NCBI GenBank assembly: GCA_041749335.1
Contig: JBGTBM010000010.1
Span: 221,110 to 285,109, forward strand
Reading direction: 5' to 3'
Length of the DNA: 64,000 nt
Source of the DNA: Patescibacteria group bacterium
GTDB lineage: Bacteria > Patescibacteriota > JABMPQ01
The notes beneath the pieces were generated by a model. It had not been told where the DNA came from. It made no database searches and worked only from the letters and a program-made list of their open reading frames with translations. This document shows positions 19,295 to 27,726 of the stretch, piece by piece. Both the position numbers and the translations under genes were made by a program. How positions within the stretch are numbered: position 1 is the stretch's first letter; every line of letters starts with the position of its first letter.

Positions 19295-20308
19295 TTATCT
19301 GTTTAGATATTGTTTTTTATAGTATTCCATATATTCACCCGATTTTATTTTCTTCCACCAAATTTCATTTTGCTGATACCATTCCACGGTCTTTTTAATT
19401 CCCTCTTCAAAATTAACTTGCGGATCCCAGCCTAGATTTCTCAACTTTTGTGTATCAACCGCATACCGTCGATCGTGTCCGGGACGATCCTTGACATACT
19501 CTATCATACTTTCATCTTTGCCGCATAATCTGACAATTGTTTTAGTTAATTCCATATTGGTTATTTCCGGATCATTATTAGCTCCCACATTATAAACTTC
19601 TCCCGAACTTCCTTGATGTAAAACTACGTCAATCCCGCCGCAATGATCTTCTACATAGATCCAATCCCTTATTTGATCCCCCTTGCCATAGATTGGCACC
19701 TTTTGTCCCTCAATTAAATTAGTCACAAATAGCGGAATAATTTTTTCCGGATATTGATAAGGGCCATAATTATTTGTGCCCCTGGTTATCATTACCGGTA
19801 AATCATAAGTCCGATGATATGCCATAACCATTAAATCACCTCCTGCCTTGGAAGCAGAATACGGACTAGAAGCTTCAATTTTATCTGTTTCTTTGGCAAA
19901 CCCCTTGCCCTCATAATCTCCATAGACTTCATCTGTGCTAATAAAAATCGCTTTCTCAATCCCATGCTTTTTAATCGCTTCTAATAAATTATAAGTACCA
20001 AATATATCAGTTTTAACAAAAGCTCCAGCTTCCAAAATTGAGCGATCAACATGGGTTTCAGCGGCAAAGTTTACCAATGTATCCAGCTTTTCTTCGGAAA
20101 ATACCTGATTGATTAATTTTTCATCACAGATATCCCCTTTGATAAATTTGTAACGAGGGTCATTTTCGATATCCTTTAAATTTTCCAAATTGCCGGCATA
20201 AGTTAACTTGTCAAAATTAACTATTTGATAATCCGGATATTTTTTTAACATATGGCGGATAAAATTTGAACCGATAAATCCCGCCCCGCCCGTTACTAAT
20301 ATTTTCAT
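19295..20308 (-). CDS. rfbB: dTDP-glucose 4,6-dehydratase
   Basis: 337 aa; MKILVTGGAGFIGSNF Rossmann motif; SDR YxxxK (YSASKAG); typical RmlB length and blocks. Confidence 0.9.
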   Translation of the reverse strand: MKILVTGGAGFIGSNFIRHMLKKYPDYQIVNFDKLTYAGNLENLKDIENDPRYKFIKGDICDEKLINQVFSEEKLDTLVNFAAETHVDRSILEAGAFVKTDIFGTYNLLEAIKKHGIEKAIFISTDEVYGDYEGKGFAKETDKIEASSPYSASKAGGDLMVMAYHRTYDLPVMITRGTNNYGPYQYPEKIIPLFVTNLIEGQKVPIYGKGDQIRDWIYVEDHCGGIDVVLHQGSSGEVYNVGANNDPEITNMELTKTIVRLCGKDESMIEYVKDRPGHDRRYAVDTQKLRNLGWDPQVNFEEGIKKTVEWYQQNEIWWKKIKSGEYMEYYKKQYLNR

Positions 20309-20324
20309 AATAATTAAAATTTAT

Positions 20325-20729
20325 TTATAAATTTTTAATCAGTTTTTCTGCCACTATTTGTGCTTCTTGTTCTTGATATTTCCGTTGCGGCCACAACCTC
20401 AAGCCGTCGCCTTTTACCCTAGGTATCACATGAAAATGTACATGCGGCACCACTTGCCCCGCCATTGTTCTATTATTCAGCGCTAAATTATATCCTTTAA
20501 CATTCAAGCCCTTTATCATCGCCTGACCAATCTTTTTAACTACTTTGCTCATTTCGCATAATATATTCTCCGGCAACTCTTCAATATTTTCAAAATGTTC
20601 TTTGGGAATTACTAAAGTATGCCCGGGATTAACCGGCATTATATCCAAAAAAGCGAAGACCTGATCGTTTTCATAGATTTTTTCACAAGGCACCTCGCCT
20701 TTTAATATTTTACAGAAAATACAATCCAT
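20325..20729 (-). CDS. HIT-family (HINT-like) hydrolase
   Basis: 134 aa; CIFCKI...NPGHTLVIPKEH...HVHFHVIPR histidine triad. Confidence 0.85.
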   Translation of the reverse strand: MDCIFCKILKGEVPCEKIYENDQVFAFLDIMPVNPGHTLVIPKEHFENIEELPENILCEMSKVVKKIGQAMIKGLNVKGYNLALNNRTMAGQVVPHVHFHVIPRVKGDGLRLWPQRKYQEQEAQIVAEKLIKNL

Positions 20730-20760
20730 AGGTTAGTTATTAGTCAATAGTCATTAGTGA

Positions 20761-21243
20761 TTAGTTGTGCTTAGTCCAATCATATCCGATCTTCTCGTCA
20801 TCATAAGCAATACGCTCTTCGTCCGGACTTTGGGCATTATAGCTTTCAGTGGTGTGATAAAAAAGATGCGCCGGCTTGTCACCCAATACCTTATAACCAT
20901 GAGCCACTCCCACCGGTATTAATATCACCTGCGGGTCATTTTCGCCATCACACAGTATCTCTTGAGTCTCCCCAAATGTCGGAGAATCTTCTCTCAAATC
21001 ATATAAGACTACCACTGCACGTCCGGAAGATATAAACCATAAATCATCCTGCAATTTATGCCAATGAAAAGCTTTTATAGTGCCCGGATGAGCGACCGTG
21101 TAGGTTGTTTGACCATATTTTGAAAGCAGTCCTTCGTCATTTCTTAGCACTTCCATCAAATGTCCCTCTTTCTCCACCGGTTCCCTGGTATCCGGAATGT
21201 CTTTGTGTACTTTAAGTTTTTTAATTTTTACACCGTCTATCAT
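20761..21243 (-). CDS. rfbC: dTDP-4-dehydrorhamnose 3,5-epimerase-like cupin (RmlC family)
   Basis: 160 aa; KAFHWHKLQDDLWFISSGRAVVVLYDLREDSPTFGE...IPVGVAHGYKVL...YHTTESYN matches RmlC blocks. Confidence 0.75.
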   Translation of the reverse strand: MIDGVKIKKLKVHKDIPDTREPVEKEGHLMEVLRNDEGLLSKYGQTTYTVAHPGTIKAFHWHKLQDDLWFISSGRAVVVLYDLREDSPTFGETQEILCDGENDPQVILIPVGVAHGYKVLGDKPAHLFYHTTESYNAQSPDEERIAYDDEKIGYDWTKHN

Positions 21244-21297
21244 GTTCGTATGTTAATTATATAGATAAATTATAGCTTTTTAAAATTTTTATTTCAA

Positions 21298-21333
21298 TAA
21301 AAAAAGCAGAGGTTTTAAATCTCTGCTTTTTTA
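21298..21333. terminator. bidirectional rho-independent terminator downstream of surface-protein paralog 1
   Basis: aaaaaaaGCAGAGgttttaaatCTCTGCtttttt. Confidence 0.6.
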
Positions 21334-21337
21334 ATGA

Positions 21338-22270
21338 TTAATAGACTAAGATAATAAAATTTCTATCTTGTAGATTCCCTGCCCCGGTATCATGCGTATA
21401 AACCTGAACACTATTTGTATTAGAGGCATTGTTAAAGCTATAAGTGGCTAAGGTATCCGAGTCGGACATAGTAGTCCCATCTACAACGACAGAAATAAAT
21501 TTACCAGACACATTAAAACCAAAATTAACCTGATAACTTCCCGCAAGACCCGATCTCGTTATAGTTATATCGTTGGGACCAGCCGATCTTATGATCGATG
21601 GAGTTCCTTTACCATCTACCATTGCCATAGCTTTAACTGCACCATATCTCGCCCAGTGCTGTACAATATCGCCATCTAAAGATAATTTTCCTTCATTACT
21701 AACAGTTAAACCGCCTCCTCCGGTATTTTTACCAATCTCAAGCTCGTCTCCAATAATTTTTGCTCCCGGAACCCATAAAATATCTGCGAGACCGGCATTA
21801 ATATTCCCTTTATTATCAATAGTAAGTGTCACTCCCTTAGAAGGATTTTCCATAAGTAATTTTCCACTTACTTGGACATCTTTTGTCCACACTTCATTCC
21901 ATCTATGCAAAGAATCACCAAAATTATTGATATTAGTTAAGGTGGGAATTATATGATCTGAAATTTTCAGAGGATTATCTCCTCCTTTTTCTGACCGCCA
22001 AATTTCTCCATCGATTCTCACGTCATCTCCAAATGTAACCGGATCGTCGCTGTTATTTACAATTGTTCCATTAAAAAAGGTTACGCCGCCAATTCCCGGT
22101 TCGCCAATATAGGCAGAGTTTGCATAAATAGTGCCATTTACGTCTAAACTTTCATTATAGGTAATCGTTGATGCCGGCTGAAGGACATCAGCATCTGACG
22201 CTGCAGCTACTGCGGAAAACACAAAAACACCCAGCACAATTGCCAGTGTTCCCAGAAGTTTAATTTTCAT
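21338..22270 (-). CDS. secreted surface protein, paralog 1 of a three-member family (conserved N-terminal domain, divergent C-terminus)
   Basis: Signal peptide MKIKLLGTLAIVLGVFVFSAVAAA; N-terminal block LQPASTITYNE..GIGGVTFFNGTIVNN..DGEIWRSEKGGDNPLKISD..PT.TN shared with ORFs 22390..23367 and 36855..38012. Confidence 0.6.
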   Translation of the reverse strand: MKIKLLGTLAIVLGVFVFSAVAAASDADVLQPASTITYNESLDVNGTIYANSAYIGEPGIGGVTFFNGTIVNNSDDPVTFGDDVRIDGEIWRSEKGGDNPLKISDHIIPTLTNINNFGDSLHRWNEVWTKDVQVSGKLLMENPSKGVTLTIDNKGNINAGLADILWVPGAKIIGDELEIGKNTGGGGLTVSNEGKLSLDGDIVQHWARYGAVKAMAMVDGKGTPSIIRSAGPNDITITRSGLAGSYQVNFGFNVSGKFISVVVDGTTMSDSDTLATYSFNNASNTNSVQVYTHDTGAGNLQDRNFIILVY

Positions 22271-22309
22271 TTGTTTTTTATTTATTGTTTTTTTTAACTA
22301 ATTTATTAT

Positions 22310-22339
22310 ATTTTACCCCCCCCCGACTACTTCTGTCAA
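22310..22339 (-). promoter_or_regulatory. promoter of paralog 1 with a G9 (C9 on + strand) homopolymer in the -35/-10 spacer
   Basis: Sense strand: TTGACA gaagtagtc GGGGGGGGG TAAAAT (18-nt spacer); C-run at 22316-22324. Confidence 0.5.
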
Positions 22340-22348
22340 GACGAGATA

Positions 22349-22378
22349 AGAAAAAAGCACCTCCGGAGAGAAGTGCTT
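22349..22378 (-). terminator. rho-independent terminator downstream of paralog 2
   Basis: Sense strand AAGCACttctctccggagGTGCTT then tttttt. Confidence 0.5.
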
Positions 22379-22389
22379 TAAAATTTAAT

Positions 22390-23367
22390 CTAATAGACCG
22401 TTAACATAAATGACGAATCAATATTAGGAATTGTTGTTCCATTATCATCATATACAAATACATCAATTCCTTGAGCACCATTTATCGCTGTTGATATATC
22501 AGTCGGACTAACTCTTATTGGGGTTACTTGCCAATATCTATCATTTATATCAAATGCAAAATCAATAGTATAAACACCCGCTGGGTTTCCATCTTTTCTC
22601 TTACATGTTACTGAAGTATTATTAAATGTCCATGGTCTATTGCACAATCCATTAGATCCGACCATTACTAAGGCCTTAATAGCACCAGATGAATTTCTTG
22701 CTTGATATATATCTCCCTGAACGCCTAAATATGTTCCTACGTTTACATTTTTATCAACCGATATTCCTTCCTTAAACTCAACATTACTATTAAATATTGA
22801 ATTGTTTCCTACTCTTAACTGCCCATAACTATTTATTGTTACACCGCCTTGACTAAATCCTCCCGCAACATTAATGTTTTCAAAATCTGTCACCCCACTT
22901 ACATTTAAATCATTAAAGTTTGCCATCCCACTTATATTTATATCGTTAAAGTTCACATCTCCATTAAAATCAGCATTTTTAGCATACAACTTATTCCATC
23001 TATTTGCAGATGATCCAAAATCATTAGTATTTGTAATGGTCGGAATAACGTTATCAGAAATCTTTATTGGATCTCCACCCTTTACGCCTCTCCATATCTC
23101 TCCGTCCACTCTCATATCATCTGCAACAGTAAATGGATCTGTTGCCCCTTCATTTAGCACTGAACCATTAAAGAAAGTTACGCCACCCAATCCGGCCGTC
23201 CCTACTCTCAAAGAATCTGTATTTAAAGAGCCATTAATGTCTACATTTTCGTTGTAGATAATGTCTGATGCCGGTTGCAAAGTTGTAACATCTGACGCTG
23301 CAACGACTCCCGCGCAGAGGAATACTCCCAAAATAATAGTAAGCATTCCCGTTAGTTTTGTTTTCAT
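22390..23367 (-). CDS. secreted surface protein, paralog 2
   Basis: Signal peptide MKTKLTGMLTIILGVFLCAGVVAA; same N-terminal block as paralog 1; C-terminal half unrelated, rich in NFND/N-x-S/T motifs. Confidence 0.6.
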   Translation of the reverse strand: MKTKLTGMLTIILGVFLCAGVVAASDVTTLQPASDIIYNENVDINGSLNTDSLRVGTAGLGGVTFFNGSVLNEGATDPFTVADDMRVDGEIWRGVKGGDPIKISDNVIPTITNTNDFGSSANRWNKLYAKNADFNGDVNFNDINISGMANFNDLNVSGVTDFENINVAGGFSQGGVTINSYGQLRVGNNSIFNSNVEFKEGISVDKNVNVGTYLGVQGDIYQARNSSGAIKALVMVGSNGLCNRPWTFNNTSVTCKRKDGNPAGVYTIDFAFDINDRYWQVTPIRVSPTDISTAINGAQGIDVFVYDDNGTTIPNIDSSFMLTVY

Positions 23368-23387
23368 ATTTATTTGTTAGTTAATTT

Positions 23388-23424
23388 ATTATATTTTACC
23401 CCCCCCCCCAGCTACTTCTGTCAA
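23388..23424 (-). promoter_or_regulatory. promoter of paralog 2 with a G11 (C11 on + strand) homopolymer in the -35/-10 spacer
   Basis: Sense strand: TTGACA gaagtagct GGGGGGGGGGG TAAAAT (20-nt spacer); C-run at 23399-23409; flanks near-identical to the paralog 1 promoter. Confidence 0.5.
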
Positions 23425-23518
23425 AGCAAGGTGGGGATAAGTTTATTATTCAATTTACATTTAATGTCCTTACTGTAGAGGGACAGAACAATGTTCTGTC
23501 CCTACAAAAAAAATAATC

Positions 23519-23577
23519 CCTGAGCCCAGTCGAAGGGTTATTTTTGTCTAGCCTTCGACTTCGCTCAGGCAATAATT
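23519..23577 (-). terminator. long imperfect hairpin plus T-run (minus-strand terminator for the upstream GT operon)
   Basis: Minus strand reads cctgagcgaagtcgaagg...cccttcgactgggctcagg then gattatttttttt. Confidence 0.45.
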
Positions 23578-23780
23578 TATCTTTACGTTATTATAAATTC
23601 ACGAGATTTTCCTCCTTCAGCGGGCAGGCTTCTATTAATTGGCGGGATCGCAATGACGGAAAAAAAGAATGTTTTGGCATTTTGTAATTTGTTTGTATTT
23701 TGTTTTTTGTATCTTAATTTAATTTTTTTCAGCACCACCCCTTTAATTCCCCTCTCCTCCAAAGGCGGACAGGCTCATCT

Positions 23781-23788
23781 GGGGGGGG
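23781..23788 (+). repeat. orphan G8 homopolymer beside a TATATAAT box in a non-coding island
   Basis: ggacaggctcatctGGGGGGGGagacTATATAAT; homopolymers of 8 or more G/C are very rare at this base composition. Confidence 0.5.
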
Positions 23789-24018
23789 AGACTATATAAT
23801 TTAGTAAAACTGTTTAAGTTATAAGATTATTTTCAATACTTCTTTCTACTTCCTTCAATACTTCTTTCTTCTATTCCAAATTTGCATTTTTATACTAAAA
23901 AAGCGGGGCCACATAGATTGCGCGGCTCCCGCTCGAGGCTTAAATTCTTAAATTTTTGTAAGAATTCTCACCTAGTGAGATTACATAGTTTTTGGCTATG
24001 TAATCCGGTAGATGAAAA

Positions 24019-24207
24019 TTACACGCTTCCCCGCCCTATATTAATATACCGATTTACCAGTAAAAATATCATCAAAGCGAGGCTTGTAAACACCACTCCG
24101 TATTCCGAATAGACATTGGGCTCGTCGGACATAATGTCATGGATGGCTGCCCAGTTAATGCCAATAAAAGGCATTGAAACTAAAATTCTGATTAAATTTT
24201 TTTTCAT
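24019..24207 (-). CDS. possible small membrane protein downstream of the GT4 gene
   Basis: 62 aa ORF MKKNLIRILVSMPFIGINWAAIHDIMSDEPNVYSEYGVVFTSLALMIFLLVNRYINIGRG with two hydrophobic stretches; starts 6 nt after the GT stop. Weak support. Confidence 0.3.
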   Translation of the reverse strand: MKKNLIRILVSMPFIGINWAAIHDIMSDEPNVYSEYGVVFTSLALMIFLLVNRYINIGRGSV

Positions 24208-24212
24208 GTTGA

Positions 24213-25385
24213 TTAATTTACTTCCAGTGCGCTTTCTTTTACTTCCACATATTGTGTAGACAGCACTCGGGCATACAAATTTATTGTTTTTTTCGTGATA
24301 TCTTCCCAGTTGTAATTTTTAGATACATGTTTTTCCGCTTTGGCGCCAGTTTCAGCGACCAATTGAGGATTAGTAAGCAGTAGCTTTAACTTATATTTCA
24401 AATCTGCCACATTCTTGTTTTTAAACATATAGCCATTGCCGGCGAATGCTTCAATATTTTCCGGAATATTACTAACAAGAACTGTATTTCCATATTGCAT
24501 TGCCTCAAGGACAGTTATGGGAAGACCCTCTGATTCAGATGGATGAACATATAAATAAGCATTGTTAAATAGCTGGGATAAAGTTTTTCCAGACTGAAAG
24601 CCGGTAAAAACTATATCTTCCCTACCTTTGGCCAGTTTTTTTAAATAAGTTACATAATCATCGGTATAAGCAGAATCGCCCACTATCACCAGTTTAAGTT
24701 CTTTTAATTTTGATTCCCCTACTTCTTTTTTCAAATCAATAAAAGCCTTAATCAGATAATGAATGCCTTTATGGCGCACCAGCCGCGCGCAGGTCATAAT
24801 GTATGAGTTGGGCCTTAAATTAAATTTTCTGATATTGTCGAATCCTTCATGTTTTTCTATGGCTACTCCATTGGGGATATAATCAATATTGGCATGATAT
24901 TTCTTTAAACCTAAATCTCTAATAATTTTAGAAACGCCAATAGACTGATGGGGAAATTTACATGCGGCATATTCGCCAAACCTTAAGTACATTCTGGCAA
25001 AGCGGCCCCATTTTTGATGAAACTGATCGCGGCAATGAAAAGTAGAGACAACTTTGGCTTTTCTCTTTAATAACCTGGGAATAAAACTTAAAGTAGATGG
25101 TCCTACTCCCTGGTAGTGAATAATGTCAAAATTTCGCCTTAAAGCGTCCAAAGATGCAAAAAGCGTATGAGTAATCGCATCCAGATGCTTAGTCCTCAAA
25201 GAAGGCAAATAAATTAAATTTACTCCTTTATATTTTTTATCTTGATACTGAGTATAATGTTTACGTGAATAAACATAAACATCATGTCCGGCTTTAGCTA
25301 ATCTGATGCTAAGCTCTTCGGCATGCCTTTCTATTCCTCCCGATCTAGCCGGAATTCCTTTTTGTCCTATTAATGCTATCTTCAT
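24213..25385 (-). CDS. glycosyltransferase family 4 (GT-B fold)
   Basis: 390 aa; MKIALIGQKGIPARSGGIERH N-terminus; C-terminal GT4 motif PSESEGLPITVLEAMQYGNTVLVSNIPEN. Confidence 0.85.
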   Translation of the reverse strand: MKIALIGQKGIPARSGGIERHAEELSIRLAKAGHDVYVYSRKHYTQYQDKKYKGVNLIYLPSLRTKHLDAITHTLFASLDALRRNFDIIHYQGVGPSTLSFIPRLLKRKAKVVSTFHCRDQFHQKWGRFARMYLRFGEYAACKFPHQSIGVSKIIRDLGLKKYHANIDYIPNGVAIEKHEGFDNIRKFNLRPNSYIMTCARLVRHKGIHYLIKAFIDLKKEVGESKLKELKLVIVGDSAYTDDYVTYLKKLAKGREDIVFTGFQSGKTLSQLFNNAYLYVHPSESEGLPITVLEAMQYGNTVLVSNIPENIEAFAGNGYMFKNKNVADLKYKLKLLLTNPQLVAETGAKAEKHVSKNYNWEDITKKTINLYARVLSTQYVEVKESALEVN

Positions 25386-25624
25386 ACTTTTAAGTTATTT
25401 TAAGTTAAATTTATTACTTTTTGATCTGGACGCTAGCTTTTTTCCATTCCGATTAAACTATTTTAACTATGATATTTTTTTATGTTTTTATTTTTAAGCA
25501 ATTCATATTAACAGACTATAGTAGCATACTTTAATTTTATTGTCAAGGGTTTTTGACAAAGATTGCTCCAATATAAAAAACACCCTTAATGATGGTGCTT
25601 TTATAGTATTTGCCAGAAATTATT

Positions 25625-26734
25625 TTATTGTTGGTATAACTTCACAATTTCTTGAGTAATTTTATCCCAATTATATTCCTGACGGACATATTCTTTGGCC
25701 TTTTTGCCCGTATTTTTGACATAAACGGGATTCTGCAGCAGTTTATTTAGTTTATCATATAGATCATCAACATTGCCGGTCTTGAAATATCGGCCGAATT
25801 CACCCATGGCCTCAAGATTTTCCGGAATATCAGATATTAAAACCGTTTTCCCATAACTCATCGCTTCAAGAATAGTAATGGAAAGCCCCTCCGCCTCCGA
25901 CGGATGAACATATAAATATGAATTAATAAATAACTGATCCAGCGTCTCTCCTGTCTGATAGCCGGTAAAAATAATATCGTTATCTCCTTGTGCTAATTTA
26001 ATTAAATAATCCTTGTATTCAGAAGGGTAAGGCGACTCTCCTACCAAAACTAATTTTTTATCAGTGTCTAATTTCTTATAGGCTTGTATCAGCCAATGCA
26101 GTCCTTTGTGGCGGATAAAGCGCGCTACCGTAAGAATGTAATTATTGGGCGCAAGTCCCCACTTTTTTGTTTTATCCCCGCCCGCAGCTTCCCAGATTTT
26201 CACGCCATTGGGAATATATTGAGCCTTTTTGCCATATTCCATCTCGCACAGGCGCTGAATCGTTTTTGATACGGCAATTGTTTCGTGGGGAAATTTACAG
26301 GCAGTCCACTCCCCCAGCTGCAAAAACTTAGCCGCCAGCTTTCCCCATTTTTTATGATAACGATCCTGGCTGTGAAAAGTAACAACGGTTTTTGTCCGCC
26401 ATTTCAATAAACGAGGTATAAATGATAACACCGAAGGACCAACGCCGTGATAATGAATCACGTCATATTTTTTAAATAAAGCATGAATGGTTGAAATGAA
26501 AGTGTGAGTAATGGCATCAAAATATTTGGAATTTATTGAAGGAGTAAAGATTAATTTAAGATTTTTTACGCCGGTGCGTTTTTTTAACGCGCGCGGAGTA
26601 TAATGCTTGCGCGAATAGACAAAAACTTCATGGCCCGATAAAACCAGGGTTTTGCTTAGATTTTCCACATGTGTTTCAATCCCGCCGTCATGTGTGACAA
26701 ATATTCCTTTTTGCCCGATCATCGCTATCCGCAT
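25625..26734 (-). CDS. glycosyltransferase family 4, tandem paralog of the previous gene
   Basis: 369 aa; about 50% identical by eye to 24213..25385 (MRIAMIGQKGIFVTHDGGIETH...HPSEAEGLSITILEAMSYGKTVLISDIPEN). Confidence 0.85.
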   Translation of the reverse strand: MRIAMIGQKGIFVTHDGGIETHVENLSKTLVLSGHEVFVYSRKHYTPRALKKRTGVKNLKLIFTPSINSKYFDAITHTFISTIHALFKKYDVIHYHGVGPSVLSFIPRLLKWRTKTVVTFHSQDRYHKKWGKLAAKFLQLGEWTACKFPHETIAVSKTIQRLCEMEYGKKAQYIPNGVKIWEAAGGDKTKKWGLAPNNYILTVARFIRHKGLHWLIQAYKKLDTDKKLVLVGESPYPSEYKDYLIKLAQGDNDIIFTGYQTGETLDQLFINSYLYVHPSEAEGLSITILEAMSYGKTVLISDIPENLEAMGEFGRYFKTGNVDDLYDKLNKLLQNPVYVKNTGKKAKEYVRQEYNWDKITQEIVKLYQQ

Positions 26735-26943
26735 ATGCTTCTTCTTAATATTAATTATGTATAAAAATCCAATTATATTAAATCATTCACTTCTCGTCCC
26801 GACGTTACGTCGGGATTATAGCAATACGCATAAAAAAATTTTGCCTTTTGCCTGGCAGCTAATATCTTTTATCTTTAGGCGTTTAGTTAATATTATCACA
26901 ATAAAAAAAGAGAGTAAATTTCCACTCTCTTTTTTCTTTATAA

Positions 26944-27573
26944 TTAAGCGGCCATATTTTTTATTTCGCGTAGAACTTCCATCTTTCTAGCTATGGTTTT
27001 TTCTTTTCTGACTGATTCTTCAATTTCTTTGCTTAAAACAATATAGCTATCGGTTAATTCATTAAATTTTTCTTCATCTTTAGCTGCCGCTGCCTCTTTT
27101 AATTGTTTTTTTAAATTATTTCTTTGCACTATTAATTCATTCATTTCAGTTATTTCAAGCAGAGTTTCCATCGCTTCTGAAATTTTTTCGTCTAAATCGC
27201 TCAAATCAATATCAAACTCTGACATTTCCGCCTCGGCTTTTGGCAAATTAATGCCAAGCTCGGCGGTGGTTTCCAAAGCAATATTGACATCATTTAATTC
27301 TTCTTCAAGCCGTGCTATTTCCAAATCTATTTGATTGTAATCCTCAATCATTTGCTTTAAATCATCCACATTCTGCTCTTGAGCAATAATCTCAGCTTTT
27401 AACTTTCGTTGCCTCTCCAAATCAGAAATTTGAGCGCTAGTTTCCACAATCTTATTGCGCAGCTCTTGAGCATATTCCGCCGGAGTTTCCTTTTTCTCGC
27501 CCTTTTCAGCCTTTTCCGGCACTTTACCGGTTAATTCTTCTTCTGAAATTGATAGACCTTCTGGATTCATCAT
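26944..27573 (-). CDS. acidic coiled-coil protein, function unknown
   Basis: 209 aa, about 30% Glu/Asp/Lys with heptad-like periodicity (LERQRKLKAEIIAQEQNVDDLKQMIEDYNQIDLEIARLEEEL). Confidence 0.45.
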   Translation of the reverse strand: MMNPEGLSISEEELTGKVPEKAEKGEKKETPAEYAQELRNKIVETSAQISDLERQRKLKAEIIAQEQNVDDLKQMIEDYNQIDLEIARLEEELNDVNIALETTAELGINLPKAEAEMSEFDIDLSDLDEKISEAMETLLEITEMNELIVQRNNLKKQLKEAAAAKDEEKFNELTDSYIVLSKEIEESVRKEKTIARKMEVLREIKNMAA

Positions 27574-27726
27574 ATATATTTATTATTTATTTATGCCTAT
27601 ATATTAACATATTTTATATTTAAAGTCAACGAAATATTATTGACATTATAATTTATTTATTATATACTATGATGATTTACTTGCAGTTTAAGTCTTAAAT
27701 ATTTATATTGAAAACGAAAATATTTT

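Noticed and set aside
21338-23367. Diversity-generating retroelement targeting the variable C-termini of the surface-protein family
   Set aside because: No reverse transcriptase gene and no template-repeat / variable-repeat pair with adenine-specific differences visible in the window.
23476-23508. Near-perfect 13-bp hairpin considered as a terminator
   Set aside because: Followed by an A-run on the + strand and preceded by a T-run on the minus strand, the wrong side for an intrinsic terminator on either strand. Kept only as a structural element upstream of the paralog 2 promoter.
23440-24018. tmRNA, RNase P RNA or SRP RNA in the non-coding island
   Set aside because: Looked for tmRNA 5' GGGG...UUCGACGGG and 3' tRNA-like end, RNase P P4 (AGGAAAGUCCGGGCUCC-like) and SRP domain IV motifs on both strands; none found.
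23882-24112. 76-aa + strand ORF in the non-coding island
   Set aside because: Arg/Leu-rich low-complexity product, no RBS, inside a region full of hairpins; more likely non-coding.
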